A DNA stretch of 64,000 nt from Botryllus schlosseri (lineage: Eukaryota): assembly GCA_051294905.1 (NCBI GenBank), contig CM119372.1:17920001-17984000 (forward strand), given 5' to 3'. Every line of letters starts with the position of its first letter. Positions within the stretch are counted from its first letter, which is position 1. The position numbers and the translations under genes were made by a program. Positions 13,234 to 26,854 of this stretch are shown in pieces. A model generated the notes under the pieces. It did not search any database and was not told the origin of the DNA. It saw nothing but the letters and a program-made list of their open reading frames with translations.

Positions 13234-16200
13234 TCAAACGCTAAAATTTTCGACATCCCCGGTTTCGTTGAGAATCGTGGTCCGTACCAGTGCTTCAGTA
13301 ACTACATATGGATCGCAGTTGGATGAGGGTCTCCTATCCTCCATGTAGCCGCATTTCTGTTCACCAACCTGTGCGAAAAAGTACGGTTTACGGAAAGGTC
13401 AAAGTCAACCAAGGAGTCTTCAATCTTACGTGTCTTGGTATCCTGATCGATGCACCTCTGTTCGCGACGCCGGAAGAGAAATCGTAAATCGACGCGGTTT
13501 CATGTAGACCGGTCAATCTACGTGCATTGTCCTTGCCTCCGGTGGGGTCGTACTGTTTGATGTGCCAGAAATGCCTTTTGCTGAGCTTCTCAACGGCTTT
13601 ATTTATTGCGCTGTAAAACGATATTGCATTTAGCATGCTCGAAACAAAATTCACTCGCACAAATATTGTACCTTAACCCTCCGGCTTTTCGCATTTCTTC
13701 TGTGCTGTAATTGGTATGGCAGCCGGCTCCGTTCCAGTCGCCCGGCATTGGTTTTGGGTCAAAAGTAGCGATAACTCCGAAATCTTCGCACACGCGGTGC
13801 AGAAGGAACCTCGATACCCACAGGTGATCGCCCATTTCGATTCCTTCGCAGGGCCCGACCTAAATCACAAGTTTTTTTCTGAAGACAAGTGTCGTCAAAC
13901 TTATCGATGTAACACAAAGAAAACATGTTTTGTTTCATTACAATCAGGAATATACAAGTACTTCTGACCTGCAGTCGGACATGTATATGACCAAAGACTA
14001 AGTGATACCTCATCAATTGAGCATGAGCATGTCATTTGGTATGGGTATATTATCAAGTAGAAATCCACCAAACAAGGAAACGCTCGTTTTCAAGTGGTGA
14101 TGTCAGGTTCAGCTACACCAGTGGTTCCCAACCTGTGGTACGCGTACCACTAGTGGTACGCGAAGGTCTTCCAGGTGGTACGCGAGTAGATTCTGTTTTT
14201 TTTCGACCGAAGGAAGGTATTAGTTCAGTTGGGTTGATTTATAATTTTTCAAAGTTTTTGACTAGTGGTGAAAAAAACAATTTCATGCATCTCATCAACC
14301 CGGGCTGATAATGCATAGTTTAATAAAATTTGTTATTACTAAGGCGATTTTGCTTTACAAAATTGAGCGTTAAGTCAAAAAGTTGTCAAAATTGTTTACT
14401 AAGTCAAAATTTTTTGGACCTCTCCATTTCGTTTGAATCGTAGATTTTGACATTTTACAGCTTGTAGCCCACTTTATGGGCCTATACCGCTGTAGGCGAC
14501 CCATTGTCTGCTCATCGTGGATCATGAACTGTCAAACGAAACAAATAGGTTGACAATTGATATGGTGTGTGTTATGCTCAAGGTACCGCGATATCCTAAC
14601 TGCAGCACTACTGCTTGACATTGCATGGTTATATTTTCAAGAAGCGCATGATGAAAAATTGTGATGCGGGACAACATTGTCAGTATGAAGCCACATGTTG
14701 TGTCACCATCAGTGTACACGCAGCTTTAGTGTTGTCAGTCAACAACTACTCCTGTTAAACGATATTTCTCCATCTTGGCAAGCTTCTCAGTAAGGACAGA
14801 CTCTTTCTACCCGAGAATGTAAGAAAGTATATTTCGTTGCACTACAACAAATCTTAATTAATTCTACCATAATACCTGGTGTAACTACTGGGACAAATAT
14901 CGTTAAAATAAAGTTTTTTCATGTCAAAATTTGTCAGTTTTTAGGTCAAAAACGCTTTTTCGTAAGGACAGACAGTCCCTACCAGAAATGAGTATAAGTA
15001 GTACAATTTTAACATTATGTGCGAAAACACCTAATTTGCGCATGTGAAGTCAAAATTTGGCCAAAATCAATTTTTTTATGGGTCAAAATCCTCCGATTTT
15101 TAGGTAAAAAGTCGCCCTAGTTAATACACCTCACATAGTGCAAATACGTCAGTATGACGTCATAAATGGTGAAAACATTTTGACCACTTACGCCCTACGG
15201 CGTGCGTAAATTATGTAGGTGGTACGCGAGCACTGCATAAAACCTCGAAGTGGTACGTGGGTGGAAAAAGGTTGGGAACCACTGAGCTACACACATCAGT
15301 ATGGCAAACAATCATTTTACTTAACCACAATAGCCTAATGTAACGTAAATTTTACTGCAGATGTTTGTTTGCTTGTATCTAAACCTGATGGCTGAATTGC
15401 AGTGAATGCAAGCGGGACAATAAATTTGAACAAAATGTTTACTGTTGCGAAAGTAATCACTTGCCTAATCTAATGATAGAGTTTTCATTGTCTGTTTGAC
15501 AACTGACAAGTCAACATGACCTCATAATCTAAATTAGTCATGCAGCATCACAAATCTGCAAGCTGTCATCCAGTAACACTGGTGAGCGGTGACTAACAGG
15601 TTACAATGCAAAACCATCACAAATCCTATCTTGCATGAAGAGAATTAGTCTATCAACGACAGTCAATGTGCTAACTACAAAAAATCGGCATATGGATTGC
15701 TAGTAGATCAACAAGTAGCTATTTCAGGTGGGTCGCAAAGCATTTATAAACGCCAGTTTTCTATGCAATATTGCAATATATCATAAAAGGATATTGATAC
15801 AAAGTACAAATAAACAAATCTTACATGTGGCGGTTGGTCGAAAATAGGTTATGACAATTTTATGTACGGTATTTCTGGATATTTTACGAGTAGGAAAATT
15901 AAGCCAATGAAGCCTAGACTTGATCTAACAATTTAGCTAAAATGCCAGCTCAACTTTTGCATTAATAGAAAATCATACATGTATCCACAGTTTGTTTTCT
16001 GATTGATACTTTTATTGTGGGTCGCACAATACAACTTCCATATAAAATGGGTCGCGAACAGAAAAAGGTTGGGAATGATATGGGATGATATGATACTACC
16101 ATATATTCTGCACTGGCTCGTCAAATTGTGTCTAGGTGTAGCTTACCTGGTATTCCCATTGGGCCGGCATGACTTCAGCATTAGTTCCTGCTATTTTAAC

Positions 16201-17363
16201 GCCGGCAAATATACATGCTCGGTAATGAGCTTCAACGATATCCCGACCGTAAATACGTCCAGTACCCACACCACAATAATAAGGTCCTGTAAAATATCCA
16301 CAAAGGTGTCAATTAGTTTTGAAGCAAAATACAGCAATTAAATCAAATGTCATACCATAAGTTCTAACATACATGAAGCATAATTATCGCCATGATTGAC
16401 TGCATTGTTCATAATAGTACCTAATATGCAGGTGGTCAGCGTCAGTACTCAAGTAGTTTGAAAAATTAGATTTGGTTGATCATTCGCATACTTCCAGTAG
16501 TTAATCGAGGTGGATACTTTCCACATCGCCTGGAGTATAATCGGCAACGCAAAATTACTAATGACACAACTAAGGTACAAATTTCAAAAATATTTTCAGT
16601 TACCATTACCTACTTCATTACTGACAACCTCTGCTAATATAATTTGTTACATCCGAGCAAGGAAGAATGGGCTTAATCATAATGATCATAATTATAGCTA
16701 ACTACAGGTAACGACCGTAATTACCAGGGCTTTCCCTGAGTTTTATTGTTCAAAGTGCTTACCCTGAGGGCCAGGATATCCCAATTTAGGCCAGCCAAAT
16801 GGGTGCTTGTCAACGTCTAGTAATGTGTATTCCTGTTCAATTCCAAACCACGGCCTCTCGGACTTGGCTTCCTCCATCACTCTCACGCACGAGTGTCTGT
16901 GGTTGGTGGCTGCGGATTCAAATACGATAATGTAGCTCAAGTGAATACAACGGGGCACAAGCCAAGTCACATACCGACGGCTTCGTGCTTGTAATTGAGA
17001 ACTTCACACATGATAAGTTTGTTGGGATCGCCACGGAACGGATCCCGAAACATCGCCACCGGCTTTAGATAACAATCTGAGTTTGATCCTTCTGCTTGCC
17101 CAGTACTTGATCCATCAAAATTCCATTCTGGTAGATCTATGACATAAGGAAATGAGATCACAATAAGACAGCCATTGATACAAGCGACAAAACTTGTATA
17201 TACCTTCAATTGATTCGGGTTCTTGGTCTAACGTTTTGGTTTTGACACGCAACGTTTGACCACTTCCATCGATCCAGATGTACATTGCCTGGCACACACT
17301 TCCTATGTCCAAGGACATGTAGTCTGACCGGGCAGTCTTGTTAAGTAAATGTTCCGAAGGCAT
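13234..17363 (-). CDS. GLUL: Glutamine synthetase type II, 370 aa; coding exons 17363-17204, 17136-16975, 16909-16763, 16286-16147, 13859-13672, 13610-13430, 13368-13234
   Basis: All introns are GT-AG with consistent phases, 1113 nt in total. Hallmark motifs: [128 protein letters not shown]. Confidence 0.97.
14119..15284. mobile_element. Non-autonomous hAT element (1166 bp) in the GS intron
   Basis: Perfect 16-bp TIR CAGTGGTTCCCAACCT / AGGTTGGGAACCACTG; exact 8-bp TSD AGCTACAC (14111-14118, 15285-15292); subterminal GGTACGCG repeats. Confidence 0.92.
16426..16633. mobile_element. Degenerate MITE, CAGAGGTGGTCA family, in a GS intron
   Basis: GCAGGTGGTCAG...CTGACAACCTCTG ends with CTAATAT on both flanks. 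Confidence 0.5.
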
Positions 17364-19682
17364 TGTGTCCTAGGATGAAAAATAGTTTCCTTAGCAATAA
17401 AACAAATGCTTTCAAAGTTCAAGACAGTATTATGGAGTATGTGATAGAATATTATCATCAGGCATCAGTCACTGCACACAAGTATTAATCGAGCAAACGT
17501 TAATTCAACTATAGTCAACCAACATAATATAAAATAGTAAACAGAGTATCAGACAAAATGGTATTTTGGTGCAAAATGTTGCCAGCAAAACTGGATATGA
17601 GAAGTAACGTTGAGAAAATATGTGATTAACTGGCTCTGGCTCCAATTCAATCCTTCGAGATTTTCACCAACAATTTAAGTTACTGGTGCCATCCGGACCC
17701 ATATAGCAGGCATTTAGTTCATCACCAAGATGTGTACTTCAAGATAAATGGGACAAGATAAGTTCAACAAACCTGTTTTGGCGTTCAATTCTTTCAGAAA
17801 ATGAAATTAGAGATGCTAATGTGCTATATACATTAGATAACTAGTGTTACTGCTAATTGAACAAAACGAGCATGGCGTTAGTATGAAGACAAACACCTTG
17901 CTGCCGCTGCCACCTTCATTAAATATTTTCATCAATCATTTGCGGCTCATTAGATCCCTGAACCTACTCACTACAAAAACCACAAGCTCATACCAGTACG
18001 CTATCAATCTATGAACGATGGCGCGCACACGGCGCGGGTCCTATGAATGACTCAGTATGTGACGACGAATTGCGTCAGCAGTAAGGCGGAACCTACTCAA
18101 CGAAGTATGAGAAGCAATACTCATGCTCATTGTCCGTGAAATTGCTACAAGAACAGAACAAATAATTTCTAGACATGCAAAATGTATGTTACACTGCGCA
18201 TCCCGGTGTTGCATGAGACTTCAGAGAAAACAAACTGAAAGAATATTTTAGCCATGAGCCAGGGATTTTCGCGCGCAGGCCTATTATTCTTAACATACGG
18301 TATTAAAAGATATATATAGCCTATATTACATATCCACATGAAAGTATAGTTAGATACGTAGGTTTTAGAATGTAGATAGCTTTCAACAGTATATAGGCTA
18401 GTTTAATCTTGGGAAATAGGGCTGGTAATTATCCAACGAAGTCGCAAAGTAGGCGTACTATCAGTTCATTACATTACATAATGTCTTGTGTTAGGCGAAT
18501 AACATTGTACATTCCGTGTGTTACGCGGATGAAAATAACAGTGACGCTGATTTTAATTATGTCTGATCTTCTTAACTAGAGACGGTCCCACTAAAATCAC
18601 GCAGGTATCGAACCTATCGGCACAAACAATTGTAGGCCTAATTATCTGACTTCTTCAACTACGTACCTCTTCTTAAAGCGAAAAGATGGCCACCAAAAGT
18701 CTGTCCTCTTTCATGACCTTCTTGGCGCACTATCATAGTCGAATCTAAAAGCACGGGACGATCCTCTCACTCCCTTCTTACAAACATCTTCCATGAAACT
18801 TCTCGTGTAACGGTCTCATAATAATGCAATGAAATATCACTAATTTCGCTGCGTGAGCATCAGACAGCAAGGTAAGACTTTGTGGCAGCCGAACAAAGGC
18901 ATACTTGGCCAAACAACGTAAAAAGTGATTATTCTATGTTCCTTGTTTTGGACCAGGGATACCCAGATATCTCTGTTTTGGACTAGCAAATTTGCATAAG
19001 AAAGCCTACTTATGTTTTCATCACACCTGGAAGGAAGGCTCGATTGTCAAATCCCAATGACTATGAAATGTAAAATACAGATTACCCTCTATCTAATTTC
19101 ACAAAGTATCTAAAATTGGTAGGCAAATGTCATAGTATATCTCGATTCTGAAGATTGCATCCTGTCTTTTAGCGCTTCAAAGACGGGACGCTGCAATTTA
19201 TATACAACGGCAGCCGGTAGGAATGTACCTTCAGCCGGTTCTCGTTTACATCACGTGGTATGAGCGTGTTATACATGAGAGAATTTTTTTGTTCTTTCAG
19301 CCGCGTATATCAAATATAGTGCAAACTAACATAGATCCGTAGTCCGTACATCTCAAGACAAATATTCCGATTCCCTGGTCGACATGATTTTTGTTTTTTG
19401 GCCAAAATGATGATTTTCGTACGCTGATTGCGAATATGAGGTCGCTTTTTTCCTATCACGTCAAGATTTTTTATAATCTGTGATTTAAAATTTTTCATTT
19501 AAGTGCTAAAACCAGCCTGTTCTGTGACGCATTCCTTGCTGTTGTAACATACCTTTAGCAAGCAAAACAAAATGATAAAATTCTGATGGCGTGCGGTTTG
19601 TTTATCAAATTTGCGAGTATATTATAGGCCTCTGCCTCCACTTTTTGACGAGTTTTTTTTATCATTATGAGGAGCGAAATAC

Positions 19683-21348
19683 CAGGGTCGTAACCAAGTC
19701 ACATGGTTCCGAGTCACGAGTCAATTTTACTTTTGTGGTTTTGACTCGAGTCAAGTCGAGTCATTTTCAATTTAACACCAAGTCGAGTCCAAGTCCAAGT
19801 CACCGTTTACCGGGTCAAGTCCGAGTCATAGTGTTATGACTCGAGTCCGAGTCCAAGTCACAGTATTGAAGTCATGTTCATCCAATGTTTTCAATCCTGC
19901 TTGGGTGATATCGAATTGCTTGCTTGCCTAACATGCTTAGTTTGTCCCTACCAGAGTCTTGGCACATGCTTATTTAGGTAGATTACGGACAGTTCCTGGC
20001 ATCATTTACCGATGCTACAGATAGACGAGACAGGCCGCCAATATGATAACTTCACTAATCTTAAAACTTAAAATCAAATATCTGTCTTGTCAGTCTGATA
20101 CATCACAAATACAAGCATTCAGTTTTTATTACGACCATATCGACGACAGCTCACAAATAGGTGATTGAGAACCAACGAATTCAAGTCTACATACTATCTA
20201 ATAGAGAACCTACGAAATCACGTCGACAAATAAGGTGATAGAGAATGAACAGAAGCATGTTTATGTAGGGGTATTTTCACCAAGCCAGCAGGCTGTAAAA
20301 GCGTGCATGTAGCTATGTGCAGTGACAAAAACAGATACCTTTGGATATTACTAAAGGTTTTCCCAATTGCATTACAGACTACATCGCAGTTCCAGCATTG
20401 GAGAAATAATTGGGGCTGTTAAAAAACATTTTTTCCAATTTTCCGGCTACTTCTTAGAATTGTTACATTGCCTAAAAAAAACTTAAATCTGGCTCAATTC
20501 CGACCGGTAGAAAGTAATGCTCTGGGAGAAAATTTTGGATTAATTACGAATAGAGATTTTCGAATTTTACTGGCTACCTCATGATATTGTTAGATTGTGT
20601 AAAAATATGATTCATAGCAAATTTGGCTCAAGAAGCGCAGTTATCTGATTAGGATATTTTGGATATGAAAAAAATAGTCGGCTTACCACTAGTATGTAGG
20701 CTAATTTCATTATATGAAAGAATTTCTCACTAAAAATACATTAATTTTCAAATCCAAAATTTTCTCTTCTCGTGTCATTGATTCTATTTTTTAAAATTTA
20801 ACCAGATTCAGTGTTCTTTTAATGAAAAACAGAACAATTTTATCAAGTAGCCATCAAGAAATATAAAAAATAAGTAATTTTCGAACAGCCCTACTATACA
20901 AAGATCACACAACATTAGCCATTCATTATTAATCACGTGCACAATGCACATACCTAATAAAACGTCAAATGGACGGAGGGTATTGTGTGTTTTCACAGAC
21001 GGCAGATCAAACCAATGATGAGTTACACTTCAAAAATACCAAAGTGGAGAGGAGATCCTCAGATATATTAAAGCGGCGTGGCCTTGGAATAAATCCACAT
21101 TTACTGAATAGACTTTCCACTGGTGCACTAGATGCAGGAATGGACGATTCGCAAATTTCTTCGTCTTCGAGTCATATAAAATAAACCAAGTCAATGGCTT
21201 GGGTCGAGTCATGCGTAATGACTCGAGTACAAGTCGAGTCAATCCAAATATTGACTCGAGTCGAGTCGAGTCATTTTCCCATTTCAAGAAAATGACTCGA
21301 GTCAAGTCGAGTCACAAAAAAATCGTGACTCGAGGCATTACAACCCTG
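19683..21348. mobile_element. Non-autonomous hAT element (1666 bp) with GACTCGAGTC subterminal arrays
   Basis: TIR CAGGGTCGTAA / TTACAACCCTG; exact TSD CGAAATAC; dense CGAGTC/CAAGTC/GACTCG repeats at 19697-19860 and 21168-21333. Confidence 0.9.
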
Positions 21349-21612
21349 CGAAATACTGTACAGTACGATGTGCGCCGCAGCCGTGATTTTGTCGAGGAAA
21401 ATGACTGAAAAGCAAGATCACACAATCAAACCGCTGTTAGTCTATGGCCCCAAAGAATTATTGTAGGATATGTATTTCTGATTTATTGTTAAAATACAGG
21501 CGCAGGCCGAGGCTTAGACAGGATGAAAACTTGGAAGGGCTGCTGAAAATTGGTGAACTGAAAGTACGGCGAATTTAAGGTTGGCAGCAACGACCATGAA
21601 GGACCCGATAAT

Positions 21613-21692
21613 GAGAGAGAGAGAGAGAGAGAATGAGAGAGAGAAAGAGAGAGGAAGAGAGAGAGAGACGAGAGAGAGAGCAAGAAAAGAGA
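21613..21692. repeat. Imperfect (AG)n microsatellite
   Basis: GAGAGAGA... run with a few interruptions. Confidence 0.9.
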
Positions 21693-22099
21693 TCGGTAGA
21701 AATGCATTGAAACTGTTCAAACTTCCTTGTCGTGGTGCACTAAGCCTGAATGGCTCTAAGCGCCACTGTCGTATTATACCTAAAATTTATGCTAATAATA
21801 ATGAAGAAAATTTCCCAATCTCATTTTTTTCTGGGATTTTGATAAAATGCGACCGTCGACACTCGAATACTAGGGGAATGGTAATATTCACTAGCACACC
21901 AGCGCCATCAAGCGTGCATAATTATTATGACCTCACTTATATTGAACAAGAAGTAAAGACGGTGGATGAAGAAATCAGCCAAATATGTAGGAATATACGG
22001 TAGTACCAGGGAAATAAAGAAGTTCTAGATATCCCTGGGTAGTACGTTGGAGACATAGAAGGAGACTTATTTCAATTGTTTTGATTGCTACACATAAGG

Positions 22100-23601
22100 C
22101 AGAGGTCTCAAACACGCGGCCCGCGACGGCATTTTGGAATTTCAAGTAATCAACAATATATTTAAGTGCCATATATCTTTTTAGATATAAGAACTTAAAG
22201 TTCACGCAAAAACTACTATAAAAATCACTGAAATCCCAACAAACATCACTATCACATCACTTTTAAAAGCTACCATGCGGTAGAAGATCAGCTATGACGT
22301 CACATTTCTAGTTCATGATGATAAAACTTGACCCGTTGATGATTCGCGACTGAAAATTGTGATTTGGTCTGGCGCGACCTTCTCGTAAAATTACTTGATT
22401 TCGGATTGACTGGGTGATTAAATAAAAATGACTCGAGTTGAGTCGGGTCAAACGTAGAAATCGCAGAAGGACTTGCGACTCGGAATGGTGACTTGGTAAT
22501 CCTACGGACGCATCAATCTATGCAACTTTCATGGGGAATAGTAATACATCAAAAGGTCGTAGCTTGCGTTGCGTAGGGTATAAAGATATTTAATCAGGTC
22601 AGTATGGCAACCATGGGTATTCTGTTACCCCCGTGACGTATATAGTTGGTTAAACGCTGTATGTTGTTTTTTCTCTTCATCCATGTAATTATCGGTGGCG
22701 ACTAAGGTGGTAGTACGCTCTACAGCTGTAACACCAACGAATTCTTCACCGTTTGGACATTTCTATTCCAGGGGTTCTTAACCAGGGTCCGTAGACCCCA
22801 TCGGGGTACGAAGCACCACATCAGGGAGTAAGAGATGCATTGTAGAATTTGTAGGCCCATATGCTGTGGAATATTTTCTTGGCAAATTATTCAACTGGAA
22901 AAAAGTCTTTGCGCTGCGCGCGATTTTGTGAATGAGCTTTCTGATTTAAATAGGTACCATCAGAAATTGTGTTGAAAATGGACAGGGGCTACGAGAAATC
23001 TTATTGGAAGCACAAGGGGTACGATCACTAAAAAGGTTAAGAAGCAATGCTATTACTATGGCTCAATAATGAGTGTATTTAAGTTGTTATTGATATATAG
23101 AAGGCAAAATCTTAAGCTTATTTAATTTGTGTTTGGCAATGACAGTAACAATAGCCTATAATCACCACGACGTTATCAAAACCATAGGATTAGGCTACAC
23201 CGCTCAAATGCTCTGATATCAGATCAATCTTCAGTAGATTTTAAAATAGTCTACATAAAGTTGTTGCTCGTCATAGGTCCACTAGTTGCAATATTATAAC
23301 CCGACAGTTTTACGATGTTATGAATGCATCCTCTCACATGATGCCTATAACTCGTTAATTAAAAAATTTCTGCCCGGCACAAAAACAATTTTATTCAAAT
23401 ATTTGAAAATGTGATTTTTTCCGTGTCAAAAAGCGTTAATAGTACAATAGTAAATTACATTTCCACGATGTTTGTGGAATGCCTGTCTGCAAGGTCCCAT
23501 CAAATAAGGCCATTAAATATCCCTATCATTGATGCTGCGGCCCGCGGCGTCATCAAAACTAGGAAATTGGCCCGCGAGCACATTTGAGTTTGAGACCTCT
23601 G
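22100..23601. mobile_element. Non-autonomous hAT element (1502 bp) containing a nested MITE at ~22769-23049
   Basis: Perfect 14-bp TIR CAGAGGTCTCAAAC / GTTTGAGACCTCTG; exact TSD ACATAAGG; GCGGCCCGCG subterminal motifs. The nested copy has CAGGGGTTCTTAACC...GGTTAAGAAGCAATG ends. Confidence 0.9.
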
Positions 23602-25603
23602 ACATAAGGCATTTGAACTATAGAATCATAGTCTCGGTCAGCGATAGCGATACTCTATAAATTGAGGACTTTTCCTTCGGCCTGCGTTTAATTAAAAAAT
23701 ACCCTCTCTACAGCCACGTATAGTGCTATATAGCCAAATATCTTCTGCTGGATTAGATAGCAATGAATTGCAGCAATGCGCATGCGCGGGACAAAGGTTC
23801 AGAAAACAGACAGGGCTGTTAGTTAGGCCTATTAGGTTAGTTAGACCATGTATGCAAAAGTTGAAGAAAGGTGAACACTGAAACGCTGAACAGACATGAA
23901 GAGGCAACAACTAGGACACTTATTTGAAGGTACATTTTGAAGGCAACAATAAAAAAGTACCACAGGGTACAATAAGAATATCATAACTTTAGTACTGTAC
24001 CGCATACTTATCGAACAATTTCGTACCGTCCTATTTGCCAAAATACAATAGTACCGTACGGCCTACTAAATATCTTACAGCAGTGCCCTTCAACCAGTGT
24101 TGGTGTAGTGAAGTTTTATAGTTGTGGTGACGACTGACGACCTCATGCACCCTTCTTATTTGAAAGCATTCAACTCAACCAGGGTGATCTCGGGAGCTAC
24201 TGTTGCCAAACAGTAAAATGTTCACGAATTCGCTCGAGACTAAATTACCGACTGCTGCTGCTGTAGCAAAGTTATGCGTCCCAACATATCCGGCATACAT
24301 AATATTACTGTCTGATCCTGAGGTCGGCTACCTTTCTTCAAGCCTTCGCGGAACCCAAACTTTTGCAAAGTCAAAAAATCTATCACATACACATTCAATA
24401 CAGCAATGAACATCGGTTAAGAATCACTGCAATGAATTATTGAGATAGTATCGGTGTTTCAAAAGAATAGGACATGCGGCCTGAAACCACGGCATACACA
24501 TTCCGGCTACTGATCGCGCCAAATTGCCTAGCCAATAATGGTGTGTCGTAACAAATCATATGTACGAGTGGAACTGTGGAACTCCTGAGACTGGCTCGCG
24601 GAACCCCCGGGTGGTCCGTGGAACACTGGTTTAGAAGTAACCATAGACCGCATTCGGAACTGGTATAGCATATCAGACTCGTTTTGCAAACTTCTGTTTC
24701 ACTTATTGCAACCAAGATGGTTGTTATGTATCGTGTGCGTCAAATCATTTGGAGTGCCATGAAAATTATCCTCGCGTTCCATCGTGGCACGCGTGTCAGG
24801 GGTTGCTGACCACTGGTCTAATCTAATGAGTGTCTACCATAACAAAAGAAAAGGGTTGCTGAGAATTTTGGCTCACAGCGTTCACTAATTAGCCATGGGT
24901 GGCTTCAATTTTCAATATATTTTGAAAATATCCACTTGTCAAAGAAACGTCAATGGAATCTGGCAGAATTATGTCGGTGACAACTGATAATGACAACAGG
25001 ACCTTGCATAGTCATTATGCTAAATCCAAGCATGAGGGCTCTCATTCGCGGATTCGAAAATCTGCTGAATACTCTAAAAAAATCTTACATTTTGGTGTAA
25101 GGATCATCTACTTTCTAATCGATGGATTGACCAATCCACGTATATTCAGGATTTAGGCTAATCACTCCAATTTTGACCTTTACTTGGTCGCATAGTCCGT
25201 TGGAATCGAATATGACGCGACGAGTCGAGTATTCCAGAATCACTCATTACGACCTCCTTACAGTCACGTTACGATGATGTGGAAAATTCAGATATGTTCC
25301 TCTTTTTTGTTAATTTTGTGTAAATATAGGATTAAAATTCGAGTGAGATCCATTAAATGAGCATTGAAGTAATGCTCCGGCGGCTATTTCGGGAGCTGAG
25401 CCGGAAAGTTGACCTTATTTTATTCAACCGATCGGTATTGCAAGTCTGAAAACTTAGAAAAGTGTCATCTTTTCAGATATCCCAAATATGATAACCCTAC
25501 TGTAGGTAGATAATGAGCAAAAAGAATTAATACAGCTCACCACCCTGTACCAACAAGCTGTGCCTGGTCTGGCTGAGGATAGGGTTCTGCAATCTGCATA
25601 TAT

Positions 25604-26830
25604 ATAGCGTTGGTAGTGGTATAATCAGGGTTGCCATCGACATGGACCCAAAAATAAGGACAGTCGAAAATTTATATTAGCATTAAAAAGTGTTTTTGTA
25701 AATTCTTTGTATTTATACGAGCCGTGGCATATCACATCCCATACTTTGTGCCAGAAACAATTTGCTCCAGCAACTCCTTGTAATTGAAAAGTGGTTCATG
25801 GATCTCACGACCGCTCACGACCTTTACTTGAAACCGGGATTTCACTGTTATTTCACTATGTCTGTTCCTTTCCTTGGTCCACTTCGTGCAAACAAGAAAG
25901 AACAGTCTTTAACTTTGACGCTAAACCATATGGAAAGAGTGACTTCCTATGACTTCAATTGTTAAGGCAGTCTTTGCTACATTGGCTTCATTTTTAATCT
26001 GGATTGCGCGTGCGAGGTAGGCTACGTAGGTTGCGTATGCGTCATCGCGACATATTATTGAACAGGCTTAAAAGTAAACGAATTCGCGGTTCAGTTTTTA
26101 CAGCCTGTGGTTTTAAAACACGCATCAACATTCAAAAGTGGTTTTTATGTTTTGAATTCGAAACAACTTTTCGCGGGCCGCACTTTGCCCAGGTCAGATC
26201 TTATTAGTATCTCTTCTCTTGCGTACAGCACGAATGGGTTACGATTGCGGCATAGCATTGAGTAGCTCGCCTCGCGACAACTGTTTTCTGAATATATCGA
26301 CGACGTCTCTGACGAGGTCGCGTGGATTCGCCTAATTAATAATTACTAGTTACAAATTAGTGGGTGCGATTTAGCTCCAATTCATGCGTGTTTCTCTATG
26401 TATAGATCAAATTTCATATTTTTAAATTCTCTCATCCATAGTCATAACCTTCCACGCCATCAAACAATCTGTTGGGGTTGCTAGTATCTCGGGTAGATTT
26501 GGTGGTATGAAGATAAGGGGGGCGTGTCCAAAAAAAGGTTGGGAACCACTGTACTAGAGGAAAACGATCGAAGTTCAGTGGTTGTTGAAAATAAGACAAA
26601 ATAAGGCCGCAAGTAGAAAAAAAGGACATTTCTTAGAAGTAAGGACAATAGAGTTTTTTCAAGACCTGGTCCTTCAAAATAAGGACAAATCTTTGAAATA
26701 AGGACGTTATGGCAACCCTGGGTATAATCCACAGCTGCAACCCTGCAACACCAATGGGTCCCGGGTTCGAGTCAGACCGAGGTCGACTCCAGAATTTCTA
26801 CCTAAGTGTTGGAGGTTTATCTAAGCTCCG
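25604..26830 (+). mobile_element. tRNA-derived SINE-like sequence interrupted by a hAT insertion
   Basis: Removing 25626-26720 and one TSD rejoins TAGCGTTGGTAGTGGTATAATCC (A-box-like) to GGTTCGAGTC (B-box, 26764-26773), followed by GACCGAGGTCGACTC. Confidence 0.5.
25626..26720 (-). mobile_element. Internally deleted Blackjack-like hAT element with a transposase C-terminal remnant (~25730-25910)
   Basis: TIR CAGGGTTGCCAT / ATGGCAACCCTG; exact TSD GGTATAAT; AATAAGGAC subterminal repeats. Minus-strand peptide RLFFLVCTKWTKERNRHSEITVKSRFQVK...LLEQIVSGTKY resembles the hAT dimerisation region. Contains an inverted fragment (26371-26551) of the 35581 MITE. Confidence 0.85.
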
Positions 26831-26854
26831 GCTCGCCATCTCATCCGTGTAAGC

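Noticed and set aside
21489..22003. ORFs rich in SL or RE dipeptides
   Set aside because: Translations of the (AG)n microsatellite.
25604..26775. Functional tRNA gene
   Set aside because: A- and B-box-like motifs only, no convincing cloverleaf, and interrupted by a transposon; treated as a SINE head.
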